Virus record (IMG/VR): IMGVR_UViG_3300017903_003478
Span: 1-29,730 of that record
Source: a virus
Taxonomy: Duplodnaviria > Caudoviricetes
Length of the DNA: 29,730 bases
Strand: one strand, 5' to 3'
Made by a program: the position numbers and the translations under genes. Position 1 is the first letter of the stretch. Each line of letters starts with the position of its first letter. The notes below the pieces were generated by a model, which did no database searches, was not told the origin of the DNA, and saw only the letters and a list, made by a program, of their open reading frames with translations. This document shows positions 7,041 to 16,078 of this stretch, in pieces.

Positions 7041-7754
7041 TTATAAAAAATTTTGTAGTCCCTCCACAACCATTTCATTTTTATGTTCACAGTGTTTACA
7101 CGTAAACTTTGCTGTATGTTTCAACGATGGTATTTCATTAATAAAGTTTTGAATCTTTATAAACTGATCTTGGTTCATTGATTCAATAAATTCTGTAACC
7201 TCTTCTGAAGTTTGTTCTTTCATAATAATTCGTTCATCAGGAGTTTCAACTGCTAATAAGCAATTACTTAAAACTTTAAAAGCTACATCAGCCGTACTGC
7301 TTTCTTCAATATTAGATAATCCTGATTCAATCATATCTAAATATGTAGGATAACAAAGTTCAACTGCAATATCATCAGTTATTTGTACTTTAAAATCTTG
7401 TTCAGGAACTTCAATTTTAATATCTTCAACATTGATAGCAATCGGATTATCTTTTCCGCATTCAGTACATTTAACAATGACTTCTGCAGTTTCACCTACT
7501 GATTTTGCTCTCATTTGCAAAAACATATATTCAACATCAAAAGATGTAAGTTTATTTTTTGGATAGTCGCCTTCAACACAATTATCAAATGTGTCAAGGA
7601 TTGCTCTTAACATTACTTTCTGGTCGTTTGACTCAGAAGCTAACATAAGTGATTTTTGTTCTTTAACTAAGAACGGTCTATAACGCACTTTCTTATTGAT
7701 TGATGGAATCTCCATCTCATAACTTGGAGCATTATTAAGTTTTGGTAGTGCCAT
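7041..7754 (-). CDS. gp26: baseplate hub subunit/chaperone gp26-like
   Basis: MALPKL, YRPFLVKEQK.L, FDVEYMFLQMRAKSVGE, two CxxC pairs, C-terminal EGLQNF. Confidence 0.88.
   Translation of the reverse strand: MALPKLNNAPSYEMEIPSINKKVRYRPFLVKEQKSLMLASESNDQKVMLRAILDTFDNCVEGDYPKNKLTSFDVEYMFLQMRAKSVGETAEVIVKCTECGKDNPIAINVEDIKIEVPEQDFKVQITDDIAVELCYPTYLDMIESGLSNIEESSTADVAFKVLSNCLLAVETPDERIIMKEQTSEEVTEFIESMNQDQFIKIQNFINEIPSLKHTAKFTCKHCEHKNEMVVEGLQNFL
7044..7065 (-). other. candidate -1 ribosomal frameshift signal
   Basis: Minus strand GGAGG (7065-7061), 10 nt, T TTT TTA (7050-7044), then the gp26 stop; the -1 frame is gp51. Confidence 0.6.
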
Positions 7755-7763
7755 GATTTACCT

Positions 7764-8369
7764 CTAAAAGTTTATTGATAGCGAAAGTTGGCCAGCTGGA
7801 ACACGTTCAAAGTTTGTGTAAGACAATGCAACGGTTGTTTCAACAAAGCCATCAGGTTCATTATTATATTCAATTGCCGTAATTGACGTTGGGAATGCGT
7901 TATTTAACGCAACCGAATAAGTCGATGCCATAACATCGATTGGTAGTTTATTTGTTATTGGAAAAGCACCAAGTGGAACCGGCATTGCCAATTGATGTAT
8001 GATAACTCTCTTTGCATATTCATTTTTATACTTTGCAGTTTGAGCTTCTTCGTTTAATGTAAGATCACGCCAGTCGTCGAAATATCTTCTTATTGGTAGA
8101 GTTGATGTTTCCATAAATGTAAGTGTAACATCCTCAACAGCATAACCATAAGCAACTTTCTCAAACTTCATTCCAACACGACGTTCATGCGTGGTAACTT
8201 GTTTTCCAGGGATTTGAGCAGTACGACAAAGAATGTTCATATTTCTTGAACCAAGGAATCCAATTATTCCACCATTACCTAAAGATGGTAATGTAACTAA
8301 AAATCTGTTTGTTCTTGCAAGACCACCACCGAAGGTAATCGAACTTTTAATTTCTGATAGTGAAGCCAT
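7764..8369 (-). CDS. gp54: baseplate tail-tube initiator gp54-like (tube-protein fold)
   Basis: GGLARTNRFLV, LC..AQIPG, DVTLTF, YFDDW, L.NAFP.SI, V.LSY. Confidence 0.7.
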   Translation of the reverse strand: MASLSEIKSSITFGGGLARTNRFLVTLPSLGNGGIIGFLGSRNMNILCRTAQIPGKQVTTHERRVGMKFEKVAYGYAVEDVTLTFMETSTLPIRRYFDDWRDLTLNEEAQTAKYKNEYAKRVIIHQLAMPVPLGAFPITNKLPIDVMASTYSVALNNAFPTSITAIEYNNEPDGFVETTVALSYTNFERVPAGQLSLSINF

Positions 8370-8935
8370 TATGCCCTCAATTTCTTTTTAGAATCTCTAT
8401 AAACTTGACTAGGACTTGCTTTATTCCAATCTGCACTTGGAAGGAAAGTTGCAACTTCCCATTCAGGCTTTTCAATCAGAGCAAATCTACTACGTACATG
8501 TTTAAACAAATAGTGTTTCATCGCAGGGTTTAGATATTTCATAGGTATTTTACCACTGCCACCTAGAACTACATCAAGCAATCGAGCTCTTGCAGCCGGT
8601 GGTAAGTAATGAAGATTCAAACCCATGAATCCACCTTGTGCTGGACCTATCATAATAATTAATGGAAACCCGTCGTAGTATGGCAAAGTTTCTTTATGTT
8701 TAGGATCATAGAAAAACATATACATGTTTCCAAGTGGACCAGTTCTTGTGATTGGTCTATTTTTTAGTTCAACCGCATCATCACCTAATAACTTATTACG
8801 GTTCATAGTAAACCGTCCACGAAACATTTGTCTCGCTTTGTCCTGAAACCAACGTATAGACTGTCGAGTCCGTGGTGTAACACCAGCACGGAATGCTTCG
8901 ATCTCTAAATCTCTAAATAAACTTTCGCCTGCCAT
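8369..8935 (-). CDS. gp2: DNA end protector protein gp2
   Basis: GNMYMFFYDPKHKETLPYYDGFPL, GFMGLNLHYLPP, YL..HVRSRF, EW..A.FLP. Confidence 0.93.
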   Translation of the reverse strand: MAGESLFRDLEIEAFRAGVTPRTRQSIRWFQDKARQMFRGRFTMNRNKLLGDDAVELKNRPITRTGPLGNMYMFFYDPKHKETLPYYDGFPLIIMIGPAQGGFMGLNLHYLPPAARARLLDVVLGGSGKIPMKYLNPAMKHYLFKHVRSRFALIEKPEWEVATFLPSADWNKASPSQVYRDSKKKLRA

Positions 8936-8940
8936 ACGTG

Positions 8941-8948
8941 TATTTATA
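8941..8948 (-). promoter_or_regulatory. T4-type late promoter TATAAATA for gp2
   Basis: Exact intergenic consensus 5 nt before the gp2 ATG. Confidence 0.85.
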
Positions 8949-8949
8949 A

Positions 8950-9447
8950 CTATTTTTTACGTTTTCTGTATGGTCTCAGTGGCTTTAGTTTTCCCGGTAC
9001 TTTTTTCAAAGGCTTCTCCATAATACCCATTGTTTGTAATGTTTCTTCAGTCCACACCTGAAACTTCCACTTACGATCTTTACAAAAAGAATCTGCAGCT
9101 TCCCATTTATTCATGTTCTTGACATATACTGCTGCTTCACCAATATATTGTCTTCGAGTCTTTCCGGTTTTGTTTGGTACAACTGTTTCTTTTGCTGGTT
9201 TAATTTCAACTAAGATTGTTTGGTTCTCAAATACAATTTTTAAATCTGGAAAATAACGATGATACCTTTTATCCATATCATAATAATATGGAATACAAAT
9301 TTCTTCAGAGGACCACTTCTTTACTTTTGGATTTCGATCGCACCACTTAAATACCTGTAGTTCCCACAACGATCTATACACCACGTTGTCAAAATCACCG
9401 GCGTATTTCTTCTTATTCTCTACTGTGTATCGACCTTTATATGCCAT
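8950..9447 (-). CDS. gp4: head completion nuclease gp4 (TnsA-like endonuclease fold)
   Basis: KY.GD...VVYRSLWE, KWSSEEI.IPY, HRYFPD, VEIKP, NKWEAA. Confidence 0.93.
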   Translation of the reverse strand: MAYKGRYTVENKKKYAGDFDNVVYRSLWELQVFKWCDRNPKVKKWSSEEICIPYYYDMDKRYHRYFPDLKIVFENQTILVEIKPAKETVVPNKTGKTRRQYIGEAAVYVKNMNKWEAADSFCKDRKWKFQVWTEETLQTMGIMEKPLKKVPGKLKPLRPYRKRKK

Positions 9448-9455
9448 ATTTTCGT

Positions 9456-9463
9456 TATAAATA
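9456..9463 (+). promoter_or_regulatory. late promoter TATAAATA for the gp48 operon
   Basis: Exact consensus in the divergent gp4/gp48 gap; AGGA SD downstream. Confidence 0.85.
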
Positions 9464-9480
9464 GTTCAAAGTTATTACAA

Positions 9481-9488
9481 TATTTATT
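9481..9488 (-). promoter_or_regulatory. probable late promoter (AATAAATA) for gp4
   Basis: 7/8 match on the minus strand, face-to-face with the gp48 promoter. Confidence 0.6.
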
Positions 9489-9500
9489 AGGATTTACGAC

Positions 9501-10538
9501 ATGGCAAATAAACCAGCTGAAGGTTATCCAGGGAGACTTGAATATCCTATTAATAAAGAAGATCAATATAATACTAAAATAGTATTTCAAGCTGTAGAAA
9601 TCGATCCTCCTAGTTTACAAGGACTTAATGTTGCAAACGCTGTTTCTTCTGTTACAGGCGGAGGAGCTGAGAAAAATTCAGGATCATCAAGTGTAGGAGC
9701 TTCTGATCTAAGGTTCTTTGACATCGGCGGAGAACGTGCACAGATCTATGTGCCTCTTGGTGGATTTGCAGTTAATGATGGATTTGATTATGCACAGTCT
9801 TCTTTAAATTTAGCTGGAGCTGCCATGGCGGCCACTCTAAATCAAGGTGGAACAATTGGCGAAAGTTTGAAAAAAGGAATTGCAGAAGCTGGTCAATCAG
9901 GTATCGATGCTTTCAAAGCCGTTATGGGCGATCAATCAATTGGAAGAATAGCTGCGTTAAGAGCGGCTCAATTGATTCCAAATGAAGGCATGAGAAATGC
10001 AGCAAGTATAACAACACGTGCTACGATGAATCCAAATATTAGAACTAACTTCAATGGTGTAGCTGTTCGTGAATTTAATTTTCAATTTCAGTTTATTCCA
10101 GTTTCTGCAGAAGAATCATTGGCAATCAAATCGATTATTAAGTTTTTTAGATTTCATTCGTATCCTGAAGAGATTAGCCCGATAGGTACATCCTTTTCAG
10201 TTGGATTAGAATATCCAAATATGTTTAAGATTCGCTTGTTGTCAAACGCAGGTGGTAAACATTTTAAAAATATTGGTACACCAATTAAATTATCTTATCT
10301 GAAGAGTGTCAGTACCACATATAACCCTACTTCGCCAGTTTTACATGAAGACGGTGCACCAACAGAAATAACAATGGGATTAACCTTTGTTGAATACAAA
10401 GCTCAAACTCGTAAAGATATTGAGGCTGAAGGAAGTGAATCATTCTATCATTTTGAAAATGGTACACAAGGTGCTAGACCATCTTCAACAAGTAAATCTC
10501 CAACTCCAACTAATAACACACAAATTGATGGGCCATAG
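9501..10538 (+). CDS. gp48: baseplate tail-tube cap gp48
   Basis: NP....F.GV..REFNFQF.F.P.S.EE, IIKFFR.H.YP, YPNMF.I, DGAP.EI.M.L.F.E. Confidence 0.85.
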   Translation: MANKPAEGYPGRLEYPINKEDQYNTKIVFQAVEIDPPSLQGLNVANAVSSVTGGGAEKNSGSSSVGASDLRFFDIGGERAQIYVPLGGFAVNDGFDYAQSSLNLAGAAMAATLNQGGTIGESLKKGIAEAGQSGIDAFKAVMGDQSIGRIAALRAAQLIPNEGMRNAASITTRATMNPNIRTNFNGVAVREFNFQFQFIPVSAEESLAIKSIIKFFRFHSYPEEISPIGTSFSVGLEYPNMFKIRLLSNAGGKHFKNIGTPIKLSYLKSVSTTYNPTSPVLHEDGAPTEITMGLTFVEYKAQTRKDIEAEGSESFYHFENGTQGARPSSTSKSPTPTNNTQIDGP

Positions 10539-10545
10539 GTAAAAA

Positions 10546-11280
10546 ATGTCAAATTATTTTAGATACTTTCCAGCGGTTGAATATAAGTTTGGTGGCGAAG
10601 CTATGCCAGCAACTTTTGAAAATCTTACAATATACGCAGATGTTGTAGATCAAATCGCGGATGCTAGTACGGCTTATGAAGAATATTATATTCTTCCAAA
10701 TGAACGGCCAGATCAGGTTTCGCAAAAATTATATGGAACTCCAAGTTTTCATTGGACCTTCTATTTAATGAATCCAAAGATTCGAGAACAGCGGTGGCCG
10801 TTAGCTGACGGCGAACTTTTTGATAGAGCAGTACTTAAGTATCCTACTAAAGTAATTACAACTCGAACAAAGCTTACTGATAAATTTAAAGTTGGCCAGA
10901 CAATTACTGGTGCGTCATCAGCTGCAACTGCAACTATTGGTAAAAGAAATCTTGACCTTGGCCAGTTATTTTTAGAAAATGTTGATGGTACTTTTACTGC
11001 CGGTGAAAACGTTAACTCAACAAATAGTGATGGTGCAACTGAAGTGATTATTGTTACAAGCTTCGAAGATCAGTATAACGCTGCACACCATTATGAAAAT
11101 AGTTCTGGTGAGACTGTTGATATTGATCCTGAAGTTGGCCCAGGAGCTTTGTTAACTGAAGTTACATACTTCGATAGAGTTAGAAGATTAAATGATGCTA
11201 ATCGAGAAATTAAATATATTAAACCCGGTATCGTAAGAGATATCGTAAAAGCTTTTAGAGATAGTGTAAGTAGTGCATAA
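10546..11280 (+). CDS. gp53: baseplate wedge subunit gp53
   Basis: MSNYFRYFP, ERPDQVSQKLYG...HW..MN (LysM-like), WPL. Confidence 0.85.
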   Translation: MSNYFRYFPAVEYKFGGEAMPATFENLTIYADVVDQIADASTAYEEYYILPNERPDQVSQKLYGTPSFHWTFYLMNPKIREQRWPLADGELFDRAVLKYPTKVITTRTKLTDKFKVGQTITGASSAATATIGKRNLDLGQLFLENVDGTFTAGENVNSTNSDGATEVIIVTSFEDQYNAAHHYENSSGETVDIDPEVGPGALLTEVTYFDRVRRLNDANREIKYIKPGIVRDIVKAFRDSVSSA

Positions 11281-12650
11281 TGGCAACTCAAGAACAAACC
11301 TCATATGAATTTGATTCTATTGAGATCCAATCATCAAGATTAGGAAAACCTGTAGAAATAAATCGAATTGTAACGGACCTTGAAATATTTGAACATATTC
11401 AAAAGCCGTATCTTACTGCAAGAATGATGATTGTCGATGATTCTAACTTTTATCAAGACGCAGACTTTCAAGGAACAGAAACAGTAGTAATAAAAATCAG
11501 ATCTACAGAAGAAGATTCTATTCAAATTGAAAAAAGATTTATTGTTAATGAAGTTGAAAAACAGCAAAAGGTACAGGACAACGCTCAAGTTATTTTATTT
11601 CATTTAGTTGAAGACATATATTATTTGTCTTCTTTAATAAACGTTAACAGGCATTACACTGGTAGTCCACGTGATATTATCGAAAGAATTGCTAGAATTG
11701 AACTAGGAAAAAAAGTAAGTGGAGGATTAGGCGCTTCACAAAATATGAGAGTCATAGTTCCGAATCTAACTCCGATCGATGCTATGCAGTGGATTGTAAA
11801 TAGAGCTTCAACCAATAAAGGCTATCCTTTTTATTTGTATTCTCAACTTGTTGGTGATGATTTGATTATGGATGACCTTGGTTCTCTTTTAACTAAAGTT
11901 TCTATGAATGCTGGTAAAGATATTAAGTTCACAGCGTCATCAACTAAATCTCAAAACAGTATGAATTTAAAAGTACAAAGGCGAGCAATTAAAAGCCACA
12001 CGTTTGGTTCTTCAGAAAATTTATTACAAATCATTCGTGATGGTCTACTGAGTTCTAACTATGAAGTTATCGATACGCTTACCGAAGGAACTAAAAAGTT
12101 TACGTTTAATTCTAGAGATGATTTATTTAAAAAATTAGTATTAGATGATATACTATCAAAAGAACAGCCGAATCCGCCAGTTAACTATGATGAAGTAATT
12201 AACGATAAAGAACTTAAAGAATACACATCTGGATATTCAACGTTGATTGGTGGTTCAATGGCTTTCCGAGATTCAGGTGAAGGAATCAACCCATTCAAAT
12301 ATAATGAATGGACCAATTCATATAATGAAACAAAAAACGCTGCAGCTTATAAGTTACGTGCTATACAAACTTCTATGGATGCAATGTTAAAGAAGAATCC
12401 ATTGATGATTAACGTAAATGGAATCGAGTTTTTAAAGGGTGATAACAATAAAACAATTGGAAATAACATTGATGTTGTCTTTATGGTAACTCATAACGAT
12501 GCAGCAGATCAGGCTGATAAAGAAGATAAGAAAAAGTCTGGTAAGTATTTAATTTATTCTGCAAGACATATGTTTAAAAAATCAGTAGACACGTATGACA
12601 TGTCTCTTGGTTTAGTTAAAATTGGTAATTTAAGAAGGACTGAAACGTGA
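11280..12650 (+). CDS. baseplate hub protein (gp27-like by position)
   Basis: Lies between gp53 and gp5; IFEHI..PYL, YPFYLY, SGKYLI...RH motifs. Confidence 0.6.
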   Translation: MATQEQTSYEFDSIEIQSSRLGKPVEINRIVTDLEIFEHIQKPYLTARMMIVDDSNFYQDADFQGTETVVIKIRSTEEDSIQIEKRFIVNEVEKQQKVQDNAQVILFHLVEDIYYLSSLINVNRHYTGSPRDIIERIARIELGKKVSGGLGASQNMRVIVPNLTPIDAMQWIVNRASTNKGYPFYLYSQLVGDDLIMDDLGSLLTKVSMNAGKDIKFTASSTKSQNSMNLKVQRRAIKSHTFGSSENLLQIIRDGLLSSNYEVIDTLTEGTKKFTFNSRDDLFKKLVLDDILSKEQPNPPVNYDEVINDKELKEYTSGYSTLIGGSMAFRDSGEGINPFKYNEWTNSYNETKNAAAYKLRAIQTSMDAMLKKNPLMINVNGIEFLKGDNNKTIGNNIDVVFMVTHNDAADQADKEDKKKSGKYLIYSARHMFKKSVDTYDMSLGLVKIGNLRRTET

Positions 12651-13306
12651 GTACTTTTTATGGAGATAATATTCGTTGGTTTATTGGAGATGTTGTAAGC
12701 ATTTCTGATCCAACATCGCTTGGAAGAATTAAAGTAAGAATCCACGGATTACATCAATCTCAGATTCGTGATGAAGACCTTCCCTTTGCTCAAACGGTTG
12801 TACCAATTAACGAAGGTGGAACAAAAGAACTTGGCAATGTCCTTGGTATCCAAGTTGGAGCTCGAGTGTTTGGTATCTTTATGGACGGCCAAAATTCTCA
12901 GCTTCCACTTATTATTGGTTCGTTACCAAAGTATGAAGATGCAACTGATGGTGATAGATCTACACCTCGATTATCTCGTGGTATAAACACAATTACAAAA
13001 ACACCTGATACTACAACTGGTGAACCAGCATCTCCTTATAACGCAACGTATCCAAATAATAAAGTAACGCAAACATCTTCAGGCCATGTGATTGAAATTG
13101 ACGATACACCAAGCGCGGAAAGAATTCATATATACCATAAGTCAGGTACGTTTGTTGAGATGCATCCAAACGGCGATGTTGTAACTCATACAAAGAATGG
13201 CTTTAAAACTGTAACTGGTAACGAGAAAATTCATGTAACTGGTGATATGGAAATTGTGTGTGATGGTAATTTTAAAGTAACTGCAACAAGGATTGATCTA
13301 AACTAA
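12647..13306 (+). CDS. gp5: short gp5-like baseplate spike (OB-fold + short beta-helix, no lysozyme domain)
   Basis: WFIG.V....DP..LGRIKVRI.G.H, VFG.FMDG..SQ.P.IIG, YP.N.VT.T.SGH.IEIDDTP..ERIH.YHKSG, C-terminal IDLN; GTG start. Confidence 0.88.
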   Translation: MSTFYGDNIRWFIGDVVSISDPTSLGRIKVRIHGLHQSQIRDEDLPFAQTVVPINEGGTKELGNVLGIQVGARVFGIFMDGQNSQLPLIIGSLPKYEDATDGDRSTPRLSRGINTITKTPDTTTGEPASPYNATYPNNKVTQTSSGHVIEIDDTPSAERIHIYHKSGTFVEMHPNGDVVTHTKNGFKTVTGNEKIHVTGDMEIVCDGNFKVTATRIDLN

Positions 13307-13512
13307 TGGCTCATGAATTTAAAATAATAAGAAATCGTAAATTAGAAACATATTATGAGTATGAGCATATTCCAAATGAGTTTGAGCATTTAATTAAGTT
13401 TGCTCCTGAGATACCACCGGAGCCACACACTGAAGAACAGCATGAAGAGATTGAAGCATGGCAACATAAATTTAAAAGGTTGATGGAGATAGAACTTGCC
13501 AGCAGTAACTAG
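13306..13512 (+). CDS. small protein between gp5 and PAAR
   Basis: 68 aa, PEIPPEPHTEEQHEEI motif, coupled at both ends. Confidence 0.75.
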   Translation: MAHEFKIIRNRKLETYYEYEHIPNEFEHLIKFAPEIPPEPHTEEQHEEIEAWQHKFKRLMEIELASSN

Positions 13513-13783
13513 AAAAGGTGATGCCGATTTACCTCATTGTTCTGGAATGGTAAGAGATGGGGCTTCATCTGATGTTTTTGTAAATGGTATTGGTGTAAGT
13601 AGACAAGGTGACAATAATACCTCACATTTATTGCCACCGGTTCCATGCCCAGGACACGCTGCACCTATATCAACAGGATCAACCACAGTATTTGTAAATG
13701 GTAAAGGATGCGGAAGAATTGGAGATGGAATCACAGGTTGTACATCTGTAGCTGAAGGTTCTTCGAATGTTTTCGCTGGATAA
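13496..13783 (+). CDS. gp5.4: PAAR-domain spike tip protein (gp5.4-like)
   Basis: MPAVTRKGD, SSDVFVNG, RQGD, GSTTVFVNGKGCGRIGD, GSSNVFAG; His/Cys ligands; TTG start with GGAG SD. Confidence 0.92.
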   Translation: MPAVTRKGDADLPHCSGMVRDGASSDVFVNGIGVSRQGDNNTSHLLPPVPCPGHAAPISTGSTTVFVNGKGCGRIGDGITGCTSVAEGSSNVFAG

Positions 13784-13785
13784 GG

Positions 13786-13793
13786 TATAAATA
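13786..13793 (+). promoter_or_regulatory. late promoter TATAAATA for gp25
   Basis: Exact intergenic consensus 5 nt before ATG 13799. Confidence 0.85.
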
Positions 13794-13798
13794 GACAT

Positions 13799-14239
13799 AT
13801 GGCACGTGTATTTTCGATAGAAGACGGAACTTTAGATACTGCAGGTATTACAGTATCTAGAAACAAAGTATATAGAGACCTTGACTTGACTTTTGCCAAG
13901 AAGGGTGATGGAGACGTATTCAAAAAATCAGATGCTGCAGCAGTAAAACAAGCTGTTAAAAATTTATTATTAACTAATTTTGGAGAGAAACCATTTACAC
14001 CAAGATTTGGCGGAAACCTAAATGATTTCTTATTTAATTTAGATACTGAGTTTGATGAACTTGAAATTGAAGATAACGTAATGCAGGCAATAGCAAACTT
14101 TGAACCGAGAGCTATATTAAGAGATGTGAGTGCAACTCTATTGCCAGATCAGAATAGTGTAAATGTAAAAGTAGTATTTCAGGTTGTTAATATTCAGGAA
14201 ACACAAGAACTTAGTATAAATCTCACGAGGTTAAGGTAA
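13799..14239 (+). CDS. gp25: baseplate wedge subunit gp25
   Basis: YRDLDLTF, AVKQAVKNLLLTNFGEKPF.P.FG, I.NFEPR. Confidence 0.93.
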   Translation: MARVFSIEDGTLDTAGITVSRNKVYRDLDLTFAKKGDGDVFKKSDAAAVKQAVKNLLLTNFGEKPFTPRFGGNLNDFLFNLDTEFDELEIEDNVMQAIANFEPRAILRDVSATLLPDQNSVNVKVVFQVVNIQETQELSINLTRLR

Positions 14240-16077
14240 TGGCTGTAATTAGATCGTCAGATCTTGATTTTGATACAATCAAGTCAAATTTAAAAACTTA
14301 TTTTCAAGCAAAGAGCGACTTTACTGATTATGATTTTGAAGCATCGGGATTGAGTAACATTCTTGATGTTTTAGCTTACAACACACATATCAACGGTCTT
14401 ACCGCAAACTTTGCAATCAATGAATCATTTCTTAAATCAGCGCAGTTAAGATCTTCTGTCGTAGCTCATGCCGAAACTGTTGGTTACTATCCAGCTTCGA
14501 AGAGTGGAGCAACAGCAACTATTGATTTTAAAGTTGTAACATCAGATACAATTACAGCTAGTGCATCCTTACCGGCTTTCACTACATTTACTGGAACGCT
14601 TGGAGACGATACATTTACTTTTCAAACTTTAGTGGCTCATACAGCTACTAATGACGGAACTGGAACTTTTCAATTTAAAACAGAAAGTGGTTTAAGTAGC
14701 GTTGTAATAACTGAAGGAACTCAGAAAACTAAAACGTTTATTGTTGGTGAAACTACTGATAATCAAGTTTATGTTATTCCAGACGAAGCATTAGATAAGA
14801 ATACATTAAAAGTTGAAGTGTTTGATACTACAACTTCAAGTACATTTAACACTTATAACGATATTGAAAGTGTTGTAAGGATTGACACAAACTCTAGAGT
14901 TTATATCATTCGTGAAACACCGAATGGACAATATGAAATTATCTTTGGCGAGGATAGCGTTCTTGGTAAAGCGCCAGTAGCTGGTAATAAAATTGTTGTA
15001 ACATATCTTGCCACTAACGGTGCTGACGCAAACTCAATCACTACGTTTACTGCAGATTCTCAGCTTTCAATTGGTGGAACAAGTTACACACCAACAGTTA
15101 CAACCACTGTAAATTCTGCGGGTGGCGGAGACAAAGAAAGTATTGAATCAATTAAACTCAACGCACCAATTAACTTTGCATCTCAACAAAGGCTTGTTAC
15201 TGCAGAAGATTACAAAGCTATTGTATCTGAAAGATTTACAACATTACTTGATGATGTTGCAGCATGGGGCGGTGAAGACAATATACCTGCAACATTCGGT
15301 GATGTATATCTTTCACTTAGTTTTAAAAGTGGTATCTCAGCTGCAGTACAAACAGATACTAAAAATACGATTCAAAACACAATTGCTCCAAACTTAGGAG
15401 TTATGTCAATTGATGTCGAATTTGTTGATCCGATTAATACGTTTATAGAATTAGCTGTTACTTTTGATTTTGATCCGGATCTAACTAATCTTACACTTGA
15501 TGCTATTCAATCAAATATTAAAACAGAATTAGCAACGTTCTTTACAACCAATCTCGGAAAGTTTGATAGTGTGTTTAGAAAATCAGCATTGCTTACGACA
15601 ATTGATGCAATATCACCTGCGATTCTAAACTCTGATATGTCAGTTAAAATTCAACAAAGCTTTACACCAACTTTGAATACAGCAAAAGACTTTTCCATTC
15701 CTTTCCCAGTTGCATTAGCTGCACCTGATGATGTGGACAGAAGAGTAACATCAACACCATTTACAATTGGTGGAAATACATGTATTATACGAAACAGATT
15801 AAACTCCACTACACTCGAGATATTCGATCAAACGGCCGATACAATTATTTCTGATAATACTGGTAGTTATAATCAAACAACCGGCGTAGTATCATTGAAT
15901 GGATTTGGCGCTAATGTTACAGCATTTAATGGAGATGCAATCAAATTATCGATTAATCCAGCAAATCAAAACACAATCAAGCCACTTAGAAATTATATAA
16001 TTAAATTAGATTCAGCTGCTACATCAGCTTCTGGTACAATCGATCAACAAAATACAAGTACAACGTTGACAACATAA
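14239..16077 (+). CDS. gp6: baseplate wedge subunit gp6
   Basis: LDFDTIK.NL, FTDYDFEASGLSNILDVLAYNTH, NESFL.SAQLRSSVV, ESIESIKLNAP, QQRLVTAEDY, WGGEDN.P. Confidence 0.95.
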   Translation: MAVIRSSDLDFDTIKSNLKTYFQAKSDFTDYDFEASGLSNILDVLAYNTHINGLTANFAINESFLKSAQLRSSVVAHAETVGYYPASKSGATATIDFKVVTSDTITASASLPAFTTFTGTLGDDTFTFQTLVAHTATNDGTGTFQFKTESGLSSVVITEGTQKTKTFIVGETTDNQVYVIPDEALDKNTLKVEVFDTTTSSTFNTYNDIESVVRIDTNSRVYIIRETPNGQYEIIFGEDSVLGKAPVAGNKIVVTYLATNGADANSITTFTADSQLSIGGTSYTPTVTTTVNSAGGGDKESIESIKLNAPINFASQQRLVTAEDYKAIVSERFTTLLDDVAAWGGEDNIPATFGDVYLSLSFKSGISAAVQTDTKNTIQNTIAPNLGVMSIDVEFVDPINTFIELAVTFDFDPDLTNLTLDAIQSNIKTELATFFTTNLGKFDSVFRKSALLTTIDAISPAILNSDMSVKIQQSFTPTLNTAKDFSIPFPVALAAPDDVDRRVTSTPFTIGGNTCIIRNRLNSTTLEIFDQTADTIISDNTGSYNQTTGVVSLNGFGANVTAFNGDAIKLSINPANQNTIKPLRNYIIKLDSAATSASGTIDQQNTSTTLTT

Positions 16078-16078
16078 C

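Noticed and set aside
8950-9447. TnsA-like transposase or homing endonuclease
   Set aside because: Motifs and position next to gp2 fit core gp4; no mobile-element ends seen.
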